In this document: in pieces, positions 44,553 to 51,858 of the stretch
Layout: each line of letters starts with the position of its first letter
How positions within the stretch are numbered: the stretch's first letter is position 1
Source of the DNA: Cyanobacteria bacterium P01_E01_bin.6
GTDB lineage: Bacteria; Cyanobacteriota; Cyanobacteriia; CAKZMO01
DNA length: 51,858 nt
Direction: 5' to 3'
NCBI GenBank assembly: GCA_039194035.1
Contig: JBCCWF010000002.1
Span: 1-51,858 of the forward strand
Program-made: the position numbers and the translations under genes
Notes under the pieces: generated by a model
Database searches by the model: none
Told to the model about the DNA's origin: nothing
What the model saw: the letters and a program-made list of their open reading frames with translations, nothing else

Positions 44553-47452
44553 AGTTGTATCAGGCGGGTCTTTACGCAGAGGCAGTTCCCATAGCCGAAC
44601 AAGCTCTGACAGTTCGTGAAGAGGCATTAGGACTCAACCATCTCCTCACTGCTACTAGCCTGAATAATCTGGCCTCTCTGCACCTCTCTCTGGGACACTA
44701 TGAAGAGGCCGAACCTCTCTTTCAAACGGCTCTGACAGTTACTATGCAGATTTTGGGTCTTGACCATCCCAAGACCGCCACCAACTTCAATAATCTGGCT
44801 AATCTTTATTTGTCGCAGGGCCGTTATGAGGAGGCCGAACCTCTCTTTCAAAGAGCATTGGCAGTCACTGAACAAGCCTTAAGTCCTAACCATCCTCATA
44901 CTGCCCAAAGTTTGAATAATCTGGCTAATCTTTATTTGTCGCAGAGCCGTTATGAGGAGGCCGAACCTCTCTTTCAAAGAGCATTGGCAATCCGTGAGGC
45001 AGTCTTAGGCTCTGATGATCGCATGACTACCTCCAGCCTCAATAATCTGGCCGAACTGTACCGGTTACAGGGCCGTTATAGGGAGGCCGAACCTCTCTTT
45101 CAAAGAGCATTGGCAATCGCTGAACAAGCCTTAGATTCTAACCATCCTTATATAGCAACCTACTCTAATGATTTGGCTGAGCTGTATCGGTTGCAGGGCC
45201 GTTATGGAGAGGCTGAGCCTCTCTATCAAAGGGCACAGGCTATTTACGAAAATTCCTTAGGTATCAACCATCCCTTTACTGCTACTAACCTCAATAATTT
45301 GGCTGCGCTATACAACTCACAGGGACGCTATGAAGAAGCCGAACTCCTCTTTCGTCAAGTGTTGACAATCCGTGAAGCAGTTTTAGGCATCAATCATCCC
45401 GACACGGTTTCTAGCCTTAATAATCTGGCCGAGCTGTATCGATTGCAGGGACAATATGAAGAGGCCGAATCTCTCTATCAAAAGGCCTTATCTATTAACG
45501 AGCAATTATCGAGAGCCAATCATCCCGAGGCAGCCCTCACTCTAAATAATCTGGCCGAGCTGTATCGGTTGCAGGGACAATATGAAGAGGCCGAATCTCT
45601 CTATCAAAGAGCGCTGACAATTACGGAACAAACCTTTGGGGTTAGACATCCCAATACAGCTCTCATTTTAAATAATTTGGCCTTGCTGCACAGCTTACAG
45701 AGACACTATGAAGAAGCTGAATCTCTCTATCAGACGGCCTTATCCATTCATATTCAAACCTTGGGGCTTGAACATCCCAATGTAGCTCTCAGCCTGAATA
45801 ATCTAGCTGAGATGTATCACGTTCAAGGTCAATTTCAGCTGACTCTTTCTTACCTGCGTCGAGGGTTGACTGTCGAAGAGACCGTCCTCAGTCGTAATCT
45901 AGTGGGTGGTTCTGATGCCGACAAACGCGATTATCTGAGGACAATGATAGGCACGACCAACGCGGTTGTAAGCTTGCACCTCAACGATCTTAACACTGAT
46001 TTCGAGGCTACTCACCTGGCGCTCACAACACTGCTACAACGAAAAGGCCGCATCCTTGACATTTTCACGAATTTGCGAGCCGAACTTTCCAATACCCCTT
46101 TAGCCCTAAGTCTCTTGGATGAGTTGAGTGCGACTGTCACCCAGCTTTCAAACTTAACCTTAAACCCGTTTGTCGATGCCTCGGTTGATAGCTATCGAAC
46201 TCAACTTGAAGATCTTCAAGCTCGTGTTGGTACTCTAGAAGACCGACTCAGTCGCTTGAGTACTGATTTTGCTAACTTAACCGCTTCTCCTGCTTTGCCA
46301 GAGATTCAGGAAGCTTTGCCCCAATCCACTGCTTTAGTTGAGTTCACTCGTTATAAACCGTTTAATCTCACTGCCTCTGCTCAAGGACAATTTGGTTCCG
46401 ATCGCTATGCTGCCTATATTCTGCAGCCCAACGGTACGATTCAGGGCTTGGATTTGGGGGCAGCTGAGGACATTGATACCGCTGCACGCGCCTTATCTAA
46501 AAGCTTGGCATCATCGGAGACTCCACTATTTCAGGTCAAAGAAGAGGCTCAAGCTCTTGAGAGTCTGGTGATAGCTCCGGTGCTTAATGTTTTGGGGAAC
46601 ATTACTACGCTGTTTCTCTCGCCCGATGGTGCTCTTAACCTGATTCCTTTTGAAGCTCTGGTAGATGAGTCTGGTAACTATCTTGTGGAGACCTATCAGT
46701 TCCGATATCTCACCTCTGGTCGTGACCTGATGCGATTAGATAACGCAACCGTAGCATCCAATCCAGCTCTCCTAATCGGCAATCCCTCTTACGGTCGTCC
46801 AGGTGAACTGGTTGCTCAAGCTGACACTCGAGCTATCGATTTCGAGAACCGCAACTTTCCGTCGCTACCCGGCACCCAGAGAGAGGTAGACTTAATTGCT
46901 TCCAGACTTGTGAATGCCCAGGTTTACACCGAGACTAACGCTACTGAAGCGGTGCTCAAGCAACAATCTCAGCCAAGCATCTTGCACATTGCCACCCACG
47001 GCTTCTTTGAGCCCGTCGAGGAAACGCTCAATCCTTTGTTACAGTCAGGGCTTATTTTGGCTGGGGCCGCTGCGGGTGGACAGAGTGGTCCGGACCAAGA
47101 TGGTATTCTCACTGCACTGGAAGTCACTGGCATGAATTTGCGGGGGACACATGTCGTTCTCTCTGCTTGTGAAACGGGACTGGGAGAATTGGCTGCTGGG
47201 GAAGGTGTTTATGGCCTTCGTCGTGCCCTGGTGCTAGCGGGTTCTCAGAGTCAGGTCATCAGTTTATGGAAGGTAGATGACACGGCTACTCAAGAATTGA
47301 TGGTCGAGTACTATGATCGCCTTCTCTCTGAAACTCCTCGCGATGCAGCTCTACGAGAAACCCAACTCGCTTTTCTAGAGAGTGAAGAATACAGCCATCC
47401 CTACTACTGGGCTGCGTTCATCGGTTCTGGCGACTGGCGACCGTTACAATAA
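44553..47452 (+). pseudogene. 3' portion of CHAT paralog 4 (TPR array plus CHAT domain) downstream of the IS
   Basis: It resumes at ...YQAGLYAEAVPIAEQAL in frame with the 5' fragment once the IS is removed. The motifs ILHIATHGFF, VVLSACETGLG and SHPYYWAAFIGSGDW are present. Confidence 0.8.
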
Positions 47453-47540
47453 TCTGAGACATAATGTCTCTAAGCTAGAATCAATGCTTTTCCATTCCTT
47501 AAATTGACAAATTAATACTGACCATGGACTAATTGAGATC

Positions 47541-48524
47541 TTAATAACAGATCCTAAAAGAAGGACTATCTTCAATCTTTGATCGACGTTTGTCATACAT
47601 TCGTGTCGTTGAGATATTTGCATGGCCCATCCATTCCTGCACTTGAGCAATATCCGCATGATGCTCCAGCGCATTCGTCGCTGCCGTCACCCGCAGAGAG
47701 TGAACACAAAACCCATGAGTCCCGGCTGTAATACCAACTGCCTTCGCATAGAGCATGACAATCTCGTGATAGACAGAATCTGGATGAAGAGCTTTATCGA
47801 GCGTTCCCGTTCGATTATTTCGGATCGGTCGAAACAGCGCACCTTCCAAATCCTCTCGATGTCCTGCAACAGCTAAATATTCTGTGATGAGTCGTTGGGC
47901 GATCGCCGCTGCTGGAATATCTCGTATCTTATCTCGCTTACCATGAACCCGCAGATGAGGGACACCCTGCAACGTCAGATAGTCTCTAACTCTTAATCGA
48001 CACAGTTCCTCGCGTCTTAGCGCATGATAGAGCAGCGTTGATAGAATAGCGCGATCGCGCTTTCCCTTCAGAGTATTTGAATCTGGCGCGTCTAACAGTC
48101 TTTTAGCCTCTTCATTACTGATAGCCGGAGTAAGTCCATCATTAGAACGCTTCTTGGGACGTTTCACACCATAAACTGGATTGTGGCTGATTGCGTTGCA
48201 GTTGCAGAGAAACGTGAATAGATCAGAGAGCGCAGACAATTTTCGTCGAATGCTTGAGCCAGCCAACCCTTGCTGCTTTAAGCGATCGCGCCAAGCAATC
48301 ACATGAGCCCGAGTTACCTTCCGCATTTCCTCCGGTATTTTAATCCCGACAAAGCTAATGAACTGGCTCACATCATGACGATAAGCCTTGGCCGTCTTTG
48401 GATTTTCAATGTTGGCTAGCCACTCTACCTCAGGCGGAACTTCAGAGAGCCGATGAAACTCTGGTGCTGTCAGCATTCGATTGCTAGAACACACATCCAT
48501 TAGTGCATTGTCGTCTTGGTTCAT
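47541..48524 (-). CDS. Tyrosine site-specific recombinase / integrase
   Basis: The C-terminal catalytic pattern is [39 protein letters not shown] (H-x-x-R ... GH ... Y), with an upstream R in ALRREEL. ATG 48524 is preceded by GGGAGG. Confidence 0.85.
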   Translation of the reverse strand: MNQDDNALMDVCSSNRMLTAPEFHRLSEVPPEVEWLANIENPKTAKAYRHDVSQFISFVGIKIPEEMRKVTRAHVIAWRDRLKQQGLAGSSIRRKLSALSDLFTFLCNCNAISHNPVYGVKRPKKRSNDGLTPAISNEEAKRLLDAPDSNTLKGKRDRAILSTLLYHALRREELCRLRVRDYLTLQGVPHLRVHGKRDKIRDIPAAAIAQRLITEYLAVAGHREDLEGALFRPIRNNRTGTLDKALHPDSVYHEIVMLYAKAVGITAGTHGFCVHSLRVTAATNALEHHADIAQVQEWMGHANISTTRMYDKRRSKIEDSPSFRICY

Positions 48525-48674
48525 ACCGTTCACCTCCCGATTCTGATTCGTTTGTCTAACACCTGATAATCGGTTTTATCCGGTTTAGCAAGACACTTGC
48601 ATGACTAAAACTGAACGGTAATACTACCGTACGTACGATACACACATGAGGTCTGTAATACTTGCGAGTCAATA

Positions 48675-49631
48675 ATGGTAGCCATTGTCTTAACTCCTGA
48701 AAAAGCGTTTCATGTCATCCAGGAGCTGCAACACCAAAGAAAGCGGATTTCTGGTCGACTCGTATGGCAGCACTGTGGTGAAATTGGCTCCATTTCCACA
48801 GCAGTGAAGTGGGTGAAGATTTCGAAGGCGATCGCCCAGGGAGACGAATCGATTGATCAGGAGTTAGTGGACCTATGGGAGGCGATCGCCCGAGGTGACG
48901 ATATCACCGATTCAAAACCTACTCCTGTTGAACTACCTTCTCAGTTGCAGGAATTATTTGTATGGTTTTCTCAGAAAGTGGCGATCGCCATCCAAGAGGC
49001 CATTGCAGAAGGAATAATCGATGCCCAAAAGACAGCCGCATGTGAAATTGAGGCCGCAGAGGAAGAATCTATCAAAGCCCAAGATCAAGCTCGTGTTCTA
49101 GAACAGGAACTCCAACAACAACAGGCGCTGATCGAACAGCACGGTCAAACCATTGCTGAGCTAAAGGACTTAACGATTACACTTCATACCAGACAGGATC
49201 AGCTAGCTCAGCAGCTCAAGCAATCGGAAAGAGAAAAAGCTGAGGTCGAAGCCAAGAATCAAGAATTATCTCAGCGCGTCGGTATGCTGTCAGAAAAGGC
49301 CAATCAGCTTGTTACGACCCTCGATGAAAAACAAACTGAAACGCAAAATCTACTCAGGCAGTTAACCGAGGCAAACGAAACAAATCGTGCTGATAAAACT
49401 AAGATCCGAGAATTGGAACAGTCCAACGCCATCTGCCAAGCGAGGTTGAAAGACATTCAAAACGCATTGGATTGTGAACATCAGAATCGCCGCCTTTCAG
49501 AAAAGCGGTGTGACGAGTTAAGCAAATTATTAACCCAAACAACAGGTGAAGCTGCAGCCGCCGTAGAGCGAGCCAAGCATTTCGAGGCCCGGATTTCAGA
49601 ACTAAAAACTGAGCTAAAGCAGAAAGAATAA
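48675..49631 (+). CDS. KfrA-like protein: N-terminal DNA-binding region plus long coiled coil (tentative)
   Basis: A small N-terminal globular region is followed by about 200 aa of Q/E/K-rich heptad-like sequence. It sits in a plasmid-backbone context. Confidence 0.45.
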   Translation: MVAIVLTPEKAFHVIQELQHQRKRISGRLVWQHCGEIGSISTAVKWVKISKAIAQGDESIDQELVDLWEAIARGDDITDSKPTPVELPSQLQELFVWFSQKVAIAIQEAIAEGIIDAQKTAACEIEAAEEESIKAQDQARVLEQELQQQQALIEQHGQTIAELKDLTITLHTRQDQLAQQLKQSEREKAEVEAKNQELSQRVGMLSEKANQLVTTLDEKQTETQNLLRQLTEANETNRADKTKIRELEQSNAICQARLKDIQNALDCEHQNRRLSEKRCDELSKLLTQTTGEAAAAVERAKHFEARISELKTELKQKE

Positions 49632-49736
49632 GGAGTGAGTATTTGCGATATGGGAAGGGAACGTGTCTAGAAGCAGAAACCATGCAGGGTGGCGCAACAA
49701 TGAACCGTTACTCAAATACCCCGCATAGTTGTGATA

Positions 49737-50114
49737 TCAATACTCAGATGGCAAAAGAAGAACCCCCTGCTGGAAATACAACTTGATAGACCGAAGCGGA
49801 AAGTCAGTCATGGCAATGCTCTGAGTCACAACAACATCATCCGTATCCCGCTCGCAAACGAGGACAGCAGAGCTATCGTCGTTGACCGTCAACGCCCAAA
49901 ACTGGATTTCTTGGAGCATCGGGTCTTCACGAACCTGAGGCTCAAACTGCCAGGAGGCAATGGCTTCAATCAGCCAATATGCTCCTGCATGTTCTGCCAT
50001 ATACTGAACACCTTCGGTATATCGAATATTGAACACAGGATGCTTGTAAATCACATCACTGCCGGTAAATCGAGCCAGGTCAGATTCCGTTAAATCATGT
50101 CGGGAACTCGTCAT
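49737..50114 (-). CDS. Conserved plasmid/ICE protein (DUF6876-like, tentative)
   Basis: The start is taken at the internal ATG 50114 (MTSSRHDLTESDLARFTGSD...YTEGVQYMAEHAGAYWLIEAI), preceded by AAAGGA. Confidence 0.45.
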   Translation of the reverse strand: MTSSRHDLTESDLARFTGSDVIYKHPVFNIRYTEGVQYMAEHAGAYWLIEAIASWQFEPQVREDPMLQEIQFWALTVNDDSSAVLVCERDTDDVVVTQSIAMTDFPLRSIKLYFQQGVLLLPSEY

Positions 50115-50366
50115 ACGGGTATGTCCTTTCAACGTGACAATTCCCGAATTGCAAAAAGCAATTCGAGACCATGCCCAGAAAAGCGTTGGTAAAACCTTTT
50201 TTGCTTTACCCAGCATGGTTTCCGTACCCATGCACAGGACAACTACCCGTTCCGCAATCCGCTCCAGATTATCCAAGGCATTCCCTCAGTTCAAGAGTCA
50301 TTTTGGATTGACAAGTGTGTCCAAATGGCTAAAATCACGCTGATGAACCAATACGATTTCTAGAGA

Positions 50367-50858
50367 ATGCAAATGCTGTGGGGAATTCACATCGGCAGTC
50401 TTTCAGAATTACTCATGGTTACTCTGACCTTGGTGGCTACTGCTGCCAATATTTTTCTCTGGTTCACGACACGAGAATCCCTTCAAATTCTGATCAAGCA
50501 AGTCAATCATCAAATTGCAAGCGAATACAGCTCGGCTCAGTTCAATATAGTGGATGCTCATCGGCAGTTGTTCTTTGGAATTTTGGCAAATCCTGCACTA
50601 ATTAAAGCTTTTACCGAAGCCAACGACTTGAATCCGAAAACCTGGACATTGGAAAAGATTTCGGAATTTCTCATCAATCAAGCATTAGTCTGCTATCTCA
50701 ATTTCACGAATGGCATTATCAGCAGTGCTCATTTCGAAGGATTCAAACGAGATGCTCGGTCGTTGTTTGACCATCAGTCCGTCCGGGCGCACTGGGAAAA
50801 AATCAAGCCATTTCATTCGATGGAATTTTGCCGATTCGTAGAGACTGAATTGCTGTAA
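50367..50858 (+). CDS. Hypothetical protein with N-terminal TM segment
   Basis: The 163-aa ORF has the hydrophobic N-terminus LLMVTLTLVATAANIFLWF. Confidence 0.4.
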   Translation: MQMLWGIHIGSLSELLMVTLTLVATAANIFLWFTTRESLQILIKQVNHQIASEYSSAQFNIVDAHRQLFFGILANPALIKAFTEANDLNPKTWTLEKISEFLINQALVCYLNFTNGIISSAHFEGFKRDARSLFDHQSVRAHWEKIKPFHSMEFCRFVETELL

Positions 50859-50934
50859 GCGTATCTATGTTGCAACGACAAAGCTCCTAACCTCACACAA
50901 GATTAGGAGCCACATTATCCAATCAAAATGCGAG

Positions 50935-51144
50935 TTATGCCTGAGAACGGAGAAATGAAAGTAGGTCGGGACTAATTTCGACGACTTCTTCGTGGTTCGC
51001 CACAGATAGATTCGAGCGATCGCCATCACTCAGTCGATTGCCTTGAACAAATACCCTCCCCTGGTCATCTTGATAAAGCGTTGGACACATACCGCTATTA
51101 CATGGGCGAACAAGGACCTTCAGATTTACCGGATTAGTCGTCAT
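50935..51144 (-). CDS. Hypothetical small protein
   Basis: This is a 69-aa ORF. I recognise no family. Confidence 0.3.
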   Translation of the reverse strand: MTTNPVNLKVLVRPCNSGMCPTLYQDDQGRVFVQGNRLSDGDRSNLSVANHEEVVEISPDLLSFLRSQA

Positions 51145-51237
51145 ACGGGTCTCCTAAGCAATTCAAGTAGATAAGATTTGAGCACTTAGTCAACACTGAC
51201 TTTGTCAGTGAACTATAAGTCAATGTAACACAAGTGC

Positions 51238-51278
51238 TGTGTTTCGCAGCTAAGTGCAGTACTTAGCTGCGAAACACA
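51238..51278. other. Perfect 18-bp stem / 5-nt loop hairpin (TGTGTTTCGCAGCTAAGT-GCAGT-ACTTAGCTGCGAAACACA)
   Basis: Read directly. A 7-bp hairpin CACTGAC-TTT-GTCAGTG lies just upstream at 51194-51210. Confidence 0.85.
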
Positions 51279-51342
51279 TTACCTCGCAGGGATTAGCAGT
51301 GGATAAGATGTTGCACGCAGTTAGTAAAGCAGCAATTTGAGA

Positions 51343-51501
51343 ATGACGACGCAAATGGAGCCAATCACGGTATATGTCGAGCCTGAAGTCAAAGAAGGGT
51401 TGGCACGATGGGCAAAAAAAGAACGACGTTCGCTTTCAAGTTTGGCTGCATATCTTCTAAGCAAGGCATACCAAGATTATCAGCAGAACATCGAACAATA
51501 G
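51343..51501 (+). CDS. Small ribbon-helix-helix-like protein (52 aa; below ORF-track cutoff)
   Basis: My own translation is MTTQMEPITVYVEPEVKEGLARWAKKERRSLSSLAAYLLSKAYQDYQQNIEQ. It has a beta-strand then helix pattern typical of CopG/Arc-type antitoxins or repressors. Confidence 0.4.
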   Translation: MTTQMEPITVYVEPEVKEGLARWAKKERRSLSSLAAYLLSKAYQDYQQNIEQ

Positions 51502-51631
51502 TACTGGTATAGATGCAAAGCCCATGAATCATACTGTGAATTATGGGCAAATATGGACTATTTTTTGGGGTAAAGATGGGGTAAGAGTTTTCGGAAAACG
51601 TTGAAAGCTTTTCCCTTAGAAGAGGATGCAC

Positions 51632-51678
51632 TCGATTCGTAATCGAGCGGTCGGGGGTTCAAATCCCCCCATCGGCTT
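51632..51678 (+). other. 3' fragment of a tRNA-Thr(CGU) gene (anticodon arm, variable loop, T arm, acceptor 3' strand); no matching 5' half; putative att core
   Basis: The elements are CTCGA-TTCGTAA-TCGAG (anticodon CGT at 51639-51641), CGGTC, GGGGG-TTCAAAT-CCCCC and CATCGGC. The required 5' acceptor strand GCCGATG and a D arm are absent upstream. Confidence 0.6.
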
Positions 51679-51769
51679 TAACTGAAGCGACCATTCATCA
51701 AGCAAGGGTTTTCGAGATCGATGCTGATAAGGGCTTAGCAATCCACAGCGCTTCGCACCTTCAGGGTGA

Positions 51770-51821
51770 AACAAACAAGATTCTAGCTAAGAATAAATAC
51801 TTAGCTAGAATCTTGTTTGTT
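51770..51821. other. Perfect 22-bp stem / 8-nt loop hairpin (AACAAACAAGATTCTAGCTAAG-AATAAATA-CTTAGCTAGAATCTTGTTTGTT)
   Basis: Read directly. It lies about 90 nt downstream of the tRNA fragment. Confidence 0.85.
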
Positions 51822-51858
51822 AGAAGATTAATTGATGATGAAGTTAAGCAGAGACGAG

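Noticed and set aside
30544-47452. The regular DNA periodicity in the CHAT genes could be a CRISPR array or satellite.
   Set aside because: The period is the 126-nt (42-aa) TPR unit, in frame and divergent in sequence. There is no repeat-spacer organisation.
51590-51680. This could be an intact tRNA gene.
   Set aside because: Only the anticodon arm through the acceptor 3' strand can be folded. No complementary 5' acceptor strand or D arm is present upstream.

Overview
This window looks like part of a cyanobacterial mobile element, either a conjugative/mobilizable plasmid or an integrated ICE. The HIP1 octamer GCGATCGC is scattered throughout. The backbone carries a MobF/TrwC-type relaxase, a VirD4/TraD-like coupling ATPase, a ParA-like ATPase, a KfrA-like protein, SSB, RadC, DUF2958, VapBC and a tyrosine recombinase. 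At the right edge there is a 3' fragment of a tRNA-Thr(CGU) gene that may be an att site. The cargo is dominated by conflict/defence-type modules. (1) At 1-9150, a translationally coupled operon (caspase-like / MoxR AAA+ / vWA-like / FGE-sulfatase C-type-lectin-fold protein) runs directly into a complete diversity-generating retroelement (avd, RT, 124-nt template repeat). The DGR has two adenine-mutagenised variable repeats; the second lies in a nucleoside-phosphorylase-like::FGE-sulfatase fusion. (2) There is a split NB-ARC STAND NTPase plus TPR pair. (3) An orphan PglZ gene sits next to a decayed NERD gene. (4) A ~17-kb array holds four paralogous CHAT protease genes (three with signal peptide and PPC-TPR, one with a different N-terminus). 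One is frameshifted at an A9 tract and one is split by an IS element with a 7-bp target duplication. The most interesting candidate system is the DGR-diversified sensor coupled to the caspase/MoxR/vWA and PNP-like effector modules. All calls come from reading the sequence and ORF translations by eye; no database search was run.
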